Assembly (NCBI GenBank): GCA_027624915.1
Contig: JAQBTR010000003.1
Span: 5,627 to 69,626 of the forward strand
Reading direction: 5' to 3'
Source of the DNA: a bacterium
GTDB taxonomy: Bacteria; Patescibacteriota; Minisyncoccia; Ryanbacterales; GWA2-47-10b
Length of the DNA: 64,000 bases
Below, piece by piece: positions 8,103 through 16,880 of this stretch (position 1 is the stretch's first letter; the number at the start of each line of letters is the position of its first letter). The notes under the pieces are model-generated. The model was not told where the DNA came from, ran no database searches, and worked only from the letters and a program-made list of their open reading frames with translations. The position numbers and the translations under genes are program-made.

Positions 8103-8642
8103 TTAACCGAGAGCGCTTCGGACGGCATCTGCAAATTCTTGAGCATCCTTTGGTTTCTCATAAAACCTCTTCCGAAGAAGACGGCTCATCTCTATCTGCA
8201 CTCCGCGACCAGATTTACCCTTATTACAAATATTCTCTTTTAATGTACCTGCCAAATGCTCGTCTGGCTCTTTTTGTAAAATCCCCAAGCCTGACAATTT
8301 ATGAGAAATAGCCTTGATAAGCTCCTCATTGAGACCTCCCAACATAACGTACTCATCATCAGTATCCTTTTCTCCATGTATAGAAACTATCGTGTCCAGA
8401 GAATCTGCTAAATTTAATGCCTGTTGTTCGTCAAACATCGTGCTCGTAACCTTATCTTCCGACGACTCACCATCATAAACATAAAAAGAATAATCATCGC
8501 CAGAAATCAACCGGGCCATAGTTCCAGTTCCGAGGTCTATCTTTCCACCGTGTATAGCAAATACACCTACAGAAGATCCTCGGTCTTTCAGACTTATGAG
8601 ATTTAAATCATAACGATCGCCGTCATTCATGATATGAGTCAC
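8103..8642 (-). CDS. Poly-gamma-glutamate hydrolase family (YjqB-like) protein.
   Basis: FAIHGGKIDLGTG ... GVQIE are motifs reminiscent of this family. This is a recollection, not a search result. Confidence 0.45.
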   Translation of the reverse strand: MTHIMNDGDRYDLNLISLKDRGSSVGVFAIHGGKIDLGTGTMARLISGDDYSFYVYDGESSEDKVTSTMFDEQQALNLADSLDTIVSIHGEKDTDDEYVMLGGLNEELIKAISHKLSGLGILQKEPDEHLAGTLKENICNKGKSGRGVQIEMSRLLRKRFYEKPKDAQEFADAVRSALG

Positions 8643-8643
8643 C

Positions 8644-10560
8644 CTACACCTTCAAAAGCAAATCAATCTGTCGCTTGCCGACATCCACTCTTTTTACTCT
8701 CACCGAGACCGGATCTCCAAGTTGATATGCTTTCTTTGATTTTTCACCTACAAGCTTCATTTCTTTTTCATTATAGGTAAAGTATTCGTCTCCAAGGTCG
8801 CGTATATGCAAAAGCCCTTGGGCACCAGTCGCTAAGTCTTCAACAAACATACCAAAGTTATTTATTCCAGCCACTCGCCCATTCCATACAGTATGAGCGT
8901 GCATACTTATATATTCAGCTTGCTTATACTTGATAGATTCACGTTCAGCTTCTTCGGCTACTCGTTCGCGTTGTGACGCATACAGTGATTGCTCTTTATA
9001 CCACTCTTTGTCATACGACAGCCTTTCATCTTTTGACAAATATCCAGAAAGTAGTCTGTGGATCATCAAATCGGCGTACCTACGTATTGGGGAGGTAAAG
9101 TGCGTGTACGATTTGAAAGAAAGACCAAAGTGGCCAATATTCTCTACATTGTACTCGGCTCGCTGCATTGATTTGAGAAATGCCTTTCCAACAAGACTTT
9201 CGATTGGTGTGCCGTGCGTCTTTTCCAAAATCGAATTAATTTCTTGGTTTGTAAGCATGTGAGCTTCGTTTGGAAGATTGATATGAAAGTTTCTAAAAAG
9301 TTCTCTTAAATTTTCTAGTTTTTCTGGTTCTGGTCGTTTGTGAATTCGATAGATAAACGGTAAGTCCTTATTGTCTTTAGTTTTATCTTCTACAAAATGG
9401 GCTACTCGCCTGTTCGCAAGAAGCATAAATTGCTCGATGAGCTTGTGCGTATCAAGTGGCTCTCTTTTTACAAAACTAACTGGCGTGCCATTTTCATCTA
9501 TCTTGCAGACAAACTCCTGCTCCTCGAAGTTAATCGAGCCTGCCTTGGCGTTTTCATCTTTTAGTTTTTTTGAAATAGCATCCAACACCAAAAGCTCATC
9601 TGACAGAATGCCAGTCTTGGCGTCAATGGTGTCCTGTGCTTCTTTGTATGAAAAGCGCTTGTCCGAATGTATGATTGTTCGTCCAAACCATTCGGCTTGT
9701 ACCTGTGCATCTTTATCAATCTCAAATATTGCAGAGTATGAAAGACGGTCCTCGTTAGGGTTAAGACTACAAAGGTCATTTGAAATTTTTTCAGGAAGCA
9801 TCGGTATCACTCGATCAACAAGATAAATACTCGTTGAGCGTTTTCGTGCTTCATCATCAAGGACTGTGCCCGGTCTTACAAAGTGACTCACATCCGCTAT
9901 ATGTATTCCTATCTCATAATTACCGTTAGGCAGAGTCTTGAGTGATAACGCATCATCAAAGTCCTTGGCGGTTTCAGGATCTATCGTAAAAGTTGTTATG
10001 CCACGCATGTCTCGTCGTCTAGCCACTTCATCTTCAGAGATATTTTTGGATAGCTTCTCTGCTTCTTTGAGTACATTGTCCGGAAACGCCTCCTCCAACT
10101 CACGCTCAATCAAAATGGCATCCATCTCAACCGCATGCTTGCCGGGTGCGCCCAAAACACGTTCAACAGAAGCAATTGGCTCGAGCACTGGGTCGGTCCA
10201 CTTTTGAAGTGAGACCTGTACCTTCTCTCCTTCTTTTGCACCATTGAGAGATTCTTTCGGTACAAAAAAGTCGCAATATACCTTGAGGTCATCTGGAATT
10301 ACAAAATATCCGTCAGCATCCTTTTCCAAGAGACCGACGAACTTCATTTTCTTTCTTTTGATAATCTTAGTAATACGAGGAAGCCTTGATATGTCAGCCA
10401 TAACAAGGTCACCGTTGAGAGCCGTGTTCAATTCTTTTCGTTCTAATTTGATACCCTCTTCTTTGCCAGGAGGCGTTACAAAACCAAACCCCTTTCTGGT
10501 GGTTCTTATAACAACTTCAAATTTCTTATCGTTTGTCTTCTCTTCAGATTTTCTTTCCAT
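8644..10560 (-). CDS. rnr: Ribonuclease R (RNB-family 3'-5' exoribonuclease).
   Basis: RRDLRGITTFTIDPETAKDFDDALS is the RNB catalytic motif. A cold-shock/OB region sits at the N-terminus and an S1-like domain at the C-terminus. 638 aa. Confidence 0.9.
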   Translation of the reverse strand: MERKSEEKTNDKKFEVVIRTTRKGFGFVTPPGKEEGIKLERKELNTALNGDLVMADISRLPRITKIIKRKKMKFVGLLEKDADGYFVIPDDLKVYCDFFVPKESLNGAKEGEKVQVSLQKWTDPVLEPIASVERVLGAPGKHAVEMDAILIERELEEAFPDNVLKEAEKLSKNISEDEVARRRDMRGITTFTIDPETAKDFDDALSLKTLPNGNYEIGIHIADVSHFVRPGTVLDDEARKRSTSIYLVDRVIPMLPEKISNDLCSLNPNEDRLSYSAIFEIDKDAQVQAEWFGRTIIHSDKRFSYKEAQDTIDAKTGILSDELLVLDAISKKLKDENAKAGSINFEEQEFVCKIDENGTPVSFVKREPLDTHKLIEQFMLLANRRVAHFVEDKTKDNKDLPFIYRIHKRPEPEKLENLRELFRNFHINLPNEAHMLTNQEINSILEKTHGTPIESLVGKAFLKSMQRAEYNVENIGHFGLSFKSYTHFTSPIRRYADLMIHRLLSGYLSKDERLSYDKEWYKEQSLYASQRERVAEEAERESIKYKQAEYISMHAHTVWNGRVAGINNFGMFVEDLATGAQGLLHIRDLGDEYFTYNEKEMKLVGEKSKKAYQLGDPVSVRVKRVDVGKRQIDLLLKV

Positions 10561-10606
10561 ATATACAGAATATCACGAAAACCCTTATTTTACAACGTTT
10601 TTCAAC

Positions 10607-10692
10607 GGGGAGGTGAATTTTCTGAAAGAAAAGAGAGGCTGCCCTGGGGTGGGAGGTGAATTTTCTGAAAGAAAAGAGAGGCTGCCCTGGGG
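10607..10692. repeat. Tandem direct repeat, two units of about 43 bp.
   Basis: GGGGAGGTGAATTTTCTGAAAGAAAAGAGAGGCTGCCCTGGGG is repeated twice, head to tail, in the rnr leader. Confidence 0.8.
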
Positions 10693-10695
10693 CAC

Positions 10696-11244
10696 TCATT
10701 TTAAATAGAACTCTTGCCTACGGAGTGTCTTTTTAATATCCCTATAATTAGGAACTGTCTTTTCTACCAACGACCAAAACTCTGGTGAATGGTTAAACTC
10801 GCTCAAATGACAAATTTCATGGACTATTATGTAGTCTCTCTCCGCTTGTGGCAAAAAAAGTATCTTGTAGTTAAAACTCAAATTCCCCTTCTTTGAACAA
10901 CTCCCCCAACGAGTCTTTTGGTTTCTTATACTTATCTTATTAAAAGAATGTCTGTATACAGCATTAAAATGAGCAACTCTATCCTTGGCAAGTCCAAGCG
11001 CCTCTTCTTTGTGCTTTACATAATCACCCTTCAAAAAAACACGGACAACATCCTTGTCGATACTTTTGAAAAATTTGATCTTGCTCAAAATCCATTGCCT
11101 CTTGCTCTCGATCAACCGCTCAATGACTGACCAATCAACACCAAAAGGAATCGTCACAGTAAGAACGCCATCATGACCAACAGCCAAGCGCATATACTTA
11201 GACCGTCTGCTTCTTTTTAACGTATATGATATCTCCCTTCTCAT
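10696..11244 (-). CDS. YgjP-like (DUF45) metal-dependent hydrolase.
   Basis: IIVHEICHLSEFNHSPEFW carries the HExxH...H motif characteristic of DUF45/WLM-like hydrolases. Confidence 0.6.
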   Translation of the reverse strand: MRREISYTLKRSRRSKYMRLAVGHDGVLTVTIPFGVDWSVIERLIESKRQWILSKIKFFKSIDKDVVRVFLKGDYVKHKEEALGLAKDRVAHFNAVYRHSFNKISIRNQKTRWGSCSKKGNLSFNYKILFLPQAERDYIIVHEICHLSEFNHSPEFWSLVEKTVPNYRDIKKTLRRQEFYLK

Positions 11245-11275
11245 TTAAAGATTTAAGTATGTAGTAGTAACAGCT

Positions 11276-11998
11276 CTACTTAATGATACTGAGTGTAGTT
11301 AGAAAGTCCTTGAGTTCCTTGCCTTCGATTATGCGGTACTCTCCCTCTTTGAGAGAACCGAGTTTTATATTTAAAATACGAGTTCGTCGGAGGTCGGTGA
11401 CCGTATTGTGGAGTGCCATGACCATACGACGAATTTGATGACGCTTACCCTCACCAAGCACAACCTTAAATGAGTTGTCACTCGTGCGTTTCACCGTGCA
11501 GGGTTTTGTTTTTGAGTCCTCTCCAATCTCAACGCCACCTGCCATGTGACTTTCGAAGCTATCACGCAAACGATCTTGTGTTTGTACCTCATACTCTTTT
11601 TCGTGTTCGAACTTGGGATTTAAAAGTCGATCAGTAATCCTACCGTCATTAGTTAAAATGATGAGGCCTCGCGATTCTTTATCAAGTCGTCCTAATGGAA
11701 AAACGTCTGTTGGCACGCTGGTCGCTTGAAGTAAGCTTTTAATATCTTGCTCTTCTCCCTGAGGCAAACTTGTCACAATACCCCTTGGTTTATTGTAGGC
11801 AATATATACATATTCTTTTTGCTTGCTCTTGTCACGTACCTCAATCTCGTCAGTCTCCTCTACCTGATCACCAAGAACTGCTTTTTTGCCATTAATAAAA
11901 ACAACTCCCTTTTCAATGAGTTTGTCGGCTCCGCGCCTGGTAGAGTAGTTTTTGTCAGCTAGATATTTATTGATTCGCATGTTTAGTTGTGTTTCCAA
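11276..11998 (-). CDS. rluB: Pseudouridine synthase, RsuA/RluB family.
   Basis: N-terminal S4 domain (MRINKYLADKNYSTRRGADKLIEKGVVFING), then a catalytic core containing RGLIILTNDG. Confidence 0.8.
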   Translation of the reverse strand: METQLNMRINKYLADKNYSTRRGADKLIEKGVVFINGKKAVLGDQVEETDEIEVRDKSKQKEYVYIAYNKPRGIVTSLPQGEEQDIKSLLQATSVPTDVFPLGRLDKESRGLIILTNDGRITDRLLNPKFEHEKEYEVQTQDRLRDSFESHMAGGVEIGEDSKTKPCTVKRTSDNSFKVVLGEGKRHQIRRMVMALHNTVTDLRRTRILNIKLGSLKEGEYRIIEGKELKDFLTTLSIIK

Positions 11999-13242
11999 TA
12001 GGATTCTTGACGCACCAACAAATCTTTCGCATCGCGTGGATTACGCATGATAGCCTCAACAACCTTTTCGCATCTGACGCCTTGCGAGCCTTTGACGAGA
12101 ACGACGTCCCCCTCACGAATGATGCTTGCTGTGTATTTAGCAGCTTCAGTTGAGTTTACAAACCAGTGATACGCTTTTATGTCGTTTGTCTCAATATATT
12201 TGGCACGCATACCAATAGCAATGACTATGTCCGCAGCTTTGGCAGCCATGATACCAACTTTTCGATGTTCGTCAGCCGTGTACTTGCCGAGCTCTAACAT
12301 ATCTCCAAGGACCGCAATTTTACGAGGTGCCTTTATCTCAAACAACATCTTGAGCGCGGCAGACACCGCTAAGGGAGATGCATTATAACTATCATCAATG
12401 ATGAGTGACTTATTTGCACCTGGTATCAAGCTCAAGCGTCCCGGTGGTCCTTTGTAACGTGAGAGTCCCTCCCCTATTTCAATCAAATTTAAATTGTGCG
12501 AAACACCGACGGCCGCTGCTGCCAAAAGACTATACATATTTTGCTCACCAATCGTACCCTCGACTTTGACGGGCATTGTCTTGCCATCATGATCAAGCTT
12601 AAAGGTCATGCCATATGGATTACCAGCACGTACGAGCATGCGATAGCCAGAACCACGTACCATGGCACCATCTCGCATGCCATAGGTGATAACCTTGGCA
12701 CTCGTACGACCTGCTAGCTTCATCACGCGTTCGTCATCAGCATTTAGAATGGCCGTCCCCGATGACTTGAGAGCTGCTACCAACTTGCCCTTTTCGCGCG
12801 CGACACCTTCGGGGCCTTGGAAAAACTCAACATGCACTGGTACATCTCCAATTGCTGTTACTACAGCTGTATCTGGCTTGATCCAGGAAAGCGTCTTATC
12901 AAAATCTCCAGGTCGGTCTACACCCATCTCTAGAACAAGAAGCTCCGGGTACTTACCACGCGAGATGATTAACCATGCCCCTTGTATTATATTCATGAGC
13001 CAGCCTACTGGCGAATGCCATTTGTTTTTTAGTCCAAGAACCGTTAGTGGCAAACCCAACTCACTATTAAAACTCTTAGGACTTTGGCGTGCATCATAAA
13101 ACTGTCCCAAAAGCATACTAACTGCATCCTTGGTTGAGGTTTTACCAACACTACCTGTAATACCAATAACCTTCGGTCTGTGCCGTTTTAGTACCATTTG
13201 TGCCTCTGTCATGAGGATTTTTATTATGAATTTTTTAATCAT
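11983..13242 (-). CDS. murF: UDP-N-acetylmuramoyl-tripeptide--D-alanyl-D-alanine ligase.
   Basis: GITGSVGKTSTKD P-loop and the Mur ligase central and C-terminal domains. Confidence 0.85.
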   Translation of the reverse strand: MIKKFIIKILMTEAQMVLKRHRPKVIGITGSVGKTSTKDAVSMLLGQFYDARQSPKSFNSELGLPLTVLGLKNKWHSPVGWLMNIIQGAWLIISRGKYPELLVLEMGVDRPGDFDKTLSWIKPDTAVVTAIGDVPVHVEFFQGPEGVAREKGKLVAALKSSGTAILNADDERVMKLAGRTSAKVITYGMRDGAMVRGSGYRMLVRAGNPYGMTFKLDHDGKTMPVKVEGTIGEQNMYSLLAAAAVGVSHNLNLIEIGEGLSRYKGPPGRLSLIPGANKSLIIDDSYNASPLAVSAALKMLFEIKAPRKIAVLGDMLELGKYTADEHRKVGIMAAKAADIVIAIGMRAKYIETNDIKAYHWFVNSTEAAKYTASIIREGDVVLVKGSQGVRCEKVVEAIMRNPRDAKDLLVRQESYWKHN

Positions 13243-14986
13243 TGTTGCTTACTCTTAGCTCATGTGGTCTATCTGGGAGTATTTCAAAATATGAAAATAG
13301 GTGCTTCATCATATCTCGGAATGGTTCGGTGAGAGTTTCTGAAGCGTAACGTACTCCTCTTGGCTTTTCAAGAAAGAAGACTACGAGAAACTCTGGGTCA
13401 TATGCGGGGCCATACCCGAAAAACGTATGCATGAACTCATCGGTATACCCACCACGCCCCGCAATCTGCGCTGTTCCTGTTTTAGCGGCCACCGAGTAAC
13501 CTGGTATGTTGCCTTTGCCTGGTCCTCCACCTAGTTTAGTATCAACAACTTCAACGAGCATTCGAGTCACAGTTTTGGAAGTTTCTTCTTTGAGGACACG
13601 TCGTGGGATTGAAATCTTGCGGGGTAACGAACCGCCCTGACTATATTGAAGCTCTTCTACAATGTACGGTTCAATGAGCTTGCCACCATTAGCGACAGCG
13701 GAGAGTGCACGTGCTAACTCAATCGGCGTCATGCTTATTCCTTGCCCGAAGGATGCTGTTGCGTATTCGATGTCTCTGGTACTCTCAAGATTGTCTAAGT
13801 TGCCAACTGCCTCATTTGGTAAGTCAATACCGGTTACTTCGGCAAGAGCATAATTTTTAAAATACTTTCTAAATGTTTCTTTGCCCATTTGCTCCATGAT
13901 GAAGACAGTTCCTGTATTCAGTGACTGAGACAAAATCTCCTGCATATCGACTCTGCCTCTTGCCTTACCGTCATAGTTTTCGATTACGGCATTATTAAGT
14001 TCGAGTCGTCCACGATCAACATATGTTGTCTCCGGTGTTATAGCTCCCGAGTCGAGACCCGCTGCCATCGTAAGTGGTTTTATAACCGAACCCATCTCAT
14101 AGAGATTCTCAATAAGTGGATTTTTGAAAATAGCTAGGTTATCGATATCTCCATAACTGTTTGGGTTGTACGAAGGGGTGGCAGCGAGCGCCAAGATACG
14201 TCCCGTCTTTGGATTGATAATAATACCTCCAGCGCTTGTGGCCGAATACGTATTCTCTACTCGCTCAAGCACACCCTCGAGGTATGACTGAACACCTGCA
14301 TCAATAGTCAAAACAATATTAGTTCCGTCTTCTTCGGCTGATATAAAACCAGAACCAAGTCTAAGTATCTCACCACCAAGTGTCTTCTCTCCGACAAACT
14401 CACCGTCTCGCCCAAGAAGCTCACCATTATAGTAATGCTCAAGTCCGTACTGCCCCTTGCCGCTCGCACCAACAAAACCGATAGAGTGCGAGGCAAAGTC
14501 CCCCGCTGGATAAAACCGCCAGTTTTCTTCAAAGAAAAGTACCCCAGCCTCATCCCACTCCTCAATTGCTCGTTTTATATTGTGAGGTACACGATGTTGG
14601 ATGATTTCGTATGGGTCGTCTGCCTTAGTTGCCTTTGTGATGAATGCATCCTTATCTATTTCTAAAAACTCTAAAGCATCTAGTTTTTTATAAAGCCCCT
14701 CCGCGTCCTCTATATATCTAGGATCTACTACAAATAACCAACCTCTTTTAGTCGTTGCAATGGGCACAAGACCATCTTTTTCGTGTACTATCACCTCTCC
14801 ACGGTCTGCCTCTATGATAGACGTCACTTCTTGCTGGTCACCTGCACGGTCCTCATACCATGAACCATGTACTACTTGTAGCCAAAAAATTCGGGAAGCG
14901 ATCCCTACAAATACAAATATAATGGCAAACGTTAGCCATACTATGCGTTTTTTAGCGATATTCATCCCATTAGAGGCAGGTCGCAA
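13235..14986 (-). CDS. ftsI: Penicillin-binding protein, transpeptidase (FtsI-like).
   Basis: N-terminal transmembrane helix. SVIK (SxxK), SLN (SxN) and KTGTA motifs are present. Confidence 0.85.
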   Translation of the reverse strand: MRPASNGMNIAKKRIVWLTFAIIFVFVGIASRIFWLQVVHGSWYEDRAGDQQEVTSIIEADRGEVIVHEKDGLVPIATTKRGWLFVVDPRYIEDAEGLYKKLDALEFLEIDKDAFITKATKADDPYEIIQHRVPHNIKRAIEEWDEAGVLFFEENWRFYPAGDFASHSIGFVGASGKGQYGLEHYYNGELLGRDGEFVGEKTLGGEILRLGSGFISAEEDGTNIVLTIDAGVQSYLEGVLERVENTYSATSAGGIIINPKTGRILALAATPSYNPNSYGDIDNLAIFKNPLIENLYEMGSVIKPLTMAAGLDSGAITPETTYVDRGRLELNNAVIENYDGKARGRVDMQEILSQSLNTGTVFIMEQMGKETFRKYFKNYALAEVTGIDLPNEAVGNLDNLESTRDIEYATASFGQGISMTPIELARALSAVANGGKLIEPYIVEELQYSQGGSLPRKISIPRRVLKEETSKTVTRMLVEVVDTKLGGGPGKGNIPGYSVAAKTGTAQIAGRGGYTDEFMHTFFGYGPAYDPEFLVVFFLEKPRGVRYASETLTEPFRDMMKHLFSYFEILPDRPHELRVSNND

Positions 14987-15109
14987 TCATAACAACCAAA
15001 CCTACCCATGTTTTTAGACTTTTTTATTATGTTCTTATTCATAGAGGTATGTAATCTCATGACTGATGAAGGGCGACGCTTTTTATCTAACGAAATATTT
15101 CTCTTGTAA

Positions 15110-15400
15110 TTATTCTGCAAGGTACCCCAGCGCGATGTCAGGATCAATATATGAAGGAGCATCTACTGCAACAAATCCATCAGCTCTTGCTTTTGGTTCA
15201 AGGTTTTCCAAAACAAGTTTTAGATATTCTGATTTTAATTCTTCATACTCGTCATCCAATTCATAAAGTTCTTGACGTTGTGGCTCGAGCATAAAACCCG
15301 CCATTACTGTGCGAGTAGAAACGGTTACCGAAAATATTCCGGCAGCCACACTTACTATTACAAAAAATACAACAAGTCTATTCATTATGATTTTTTCCAT
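15110..15400 (-). CDS. ftsL: FtsL-like cell division protein.
   Basis: 96 aa with one transmembrane helix plus coiled coil. It sits between rsmH and ftsI. Confidence 0.4.
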   Translation of the reverse strand: MEKIIMNRLVVFFVIVSVAAGIFSVTVSTRTVMAGFMLEPQRQELYELDDEYEELKSEYLKLVLENLEPKARADGFVAVDAPSYIDPDIALGYLAE

Positions 15401-16245
15401 GCGCGTAGTTTTGAAGAACGCGACCTAGGGTTATCTGCTAATTCACCGGCACTCGGTGTTACTATTTTTTTGGTTAATACCTCACCTCTTGCACGGAATG
15501 CATTTTTGACGATTCGGTCTTCTAAAGAATGAAACGATATCGCAACGACCACTCCCCCAGGACGCACAAGCTCCATTGCCGCCTCAATCCCAAGTCGTAC
15601 ACTTTCGAGCTCTTCGTTGACCGCAATACGTAATGCTTGAAACACTCTGGTTGCGGGATGGATGCGTGTTCGCCATGTCTTTCGACTGGAACGCTCTATA
15701 ACTTCGGCAAGCTGTCCTGTGGTAACTATTCTTTTCTCTTTTCGTGCCTTAACAATTGCTCGGGCATACTTACGACTTTCTCTCTCCTCTCCATACTTGT
15801 GAAAAATATCTGCAAGCTCCACCTCCGGCAGCGAGTTAACTAGTTCAGCCGCCGTTTGTCCTTTTTCTTTTGGTGAGAATCGCATGTCAAGTGGTTCGTT
15901 GTCTCGGAATGTAAAACCCCTTCCTGATTCGTCTAGGTGCCATGATGAAAGTCCGAGATCAAACAATATTCCATCAATCTTTTCTAGCTTGTGTCTCCGA
16001 ACAAACTCCGCCATATTGGTGTAATTTCCTTCTTCGACAACAAGACCTGGTATGTCTTTCTTTTTAATTATCTTTACAATTTCTGGATCTCGTTCAATTC
16101 CAAGAATTGTTCCTTTGCCCTTCATCAATCTAGACATCTCACTCGTATGACCACCACCATTAAGCGTTGCGTCAATGAATGTCTTACCTGGTTTTGGATC
16201 AAGAAATTGCATAACCTCTACCATGAGCACTGACTTATGCTCCAT
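15385..16245 (-). CDS. rsmH: 16S rRNA (cytosine1402-N4)-methyltransferase RsmH (MraW).
   Basis: FIDATLNGGGHT...GILFDLGLSSWHLDE are canonical RsmH motifs. Confidence 0.9.
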   Translation of the reverse strand: MEHKSVLMVEVMQFLDPKPGKTFIDATLNGGGHTSEMSRLMKGKGTILGIERDPEIVKIIKKKDIPGLVVEEGNYTNMAEFVRRHKLEKIDGILFDLGLSSWHLDESGRGFTFRDNEPLDMRFSPKEKGQTAAELVNSLPEVELADIFHKYGEERESRKYARAIVKARKEKRIVTTGQLAEVIERSSRKTWRTRIHPATRVFQALRIAVNEELESVRLGIEAAMELVRPGGVVVAISFHSLEDRIVKNAFRARGEVLTKKIVTPSAGELADNPRSRSSKLRAWKKS

Positions 16246-16679
16246 TAGTACACTCCTAGCTCACCCAAACGTTCTGCTAATTTGTCAGCGTTTGCTTCCG
16301 TCTTCTTTCGAACTTCACTCCAGTTATCAGGTGACCAAATCTCAACTCGATCAAACACACCGACCACAACTGCTTTGTTACTTAGTCCTGCATACTCTTT
16401 GAGATTGTCTGGAATAAGTATTCGCCCAAGTGAGTCCATTTCGCTCTCTGCCGCACCCGCCAATGTGAACCTGACGAAATTTCGTGTGTCTGCTTGTCCT
16501 TGTGGTAGGGCTGCTAACTTTTTTGCGATCTCCTGCCATACGGACTCTGGATAAAGGAAGAGGCAGTGATCGGGACCGCGTGTGAGCACAAGGGGGCTAC
16601 CAAGTTCTTTACGGAGTCGAGTTGGAATCGACATCCGCTTTTTTGGATCTATTGAGTGTGTGTACTCGCCTACAAACAT
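16245..16679 (-). CDS. mraZ: Transcriptional regulator MraZ.
   Basis: MFVGEYTHSIDPKKRMSIP. A tandem MraZ fold is present. It is the first gene of the dcw operon. Confidence 0.9.
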   Translation of the reverse strand: MFVGEYTHSIDPKKRMSIPTRLRKELGSPLVLTRGPDHCLFLYPESVWQEIAKKLAALPQGQADTRNFVRFTLAGAAESEMDSLGRILIPDNLKEYAGLSNKAVVVGVFDRVEIWSPDNWSEVRKKTEANADKLAERLGELGVY

Positions 16680-16702
16680 ATAAATTTGTTACTTATTAAC
16701 CT

Positions 16703-16842
16703 TATCCACAGGATTATCCACAAGTCCCCACTTACTTCTACAATACATCCATTTTATCCCACCAAAGTCCCACCGACAACCACTCCGTGAAAATGTCTGG
16801 GGAATACTTATTACAGAAGGAAAACTCCCACCGAGGTGGGAG
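16703..16842 (-). promoter_or_regulatory. Putative MraZ operator: phased CCCAC/GTGGG repeats plus a palindrome.
   Basis: CCCACC at 16748 and 16759, and CCACTC at 16770, are spaced 11 bp apart. ATCCACA appears twice more at 16704 and 16716. The palindrome CTCCCACCGAGGTGGGAG is at 16825-16842. Read on the minus strand, the repeats are GTGGG. Confidence 0.45.
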
Positions 16843-16880
16843 TTATGCACAAGTTATTAACCGTGAAAAGTTAAACCGAT

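Noticed and set aside
10607-10692. Possible CRISPR array.
   Set aside because: There are only two directly abutting repeat units with no unique spacers. No cas genes lie nearby.
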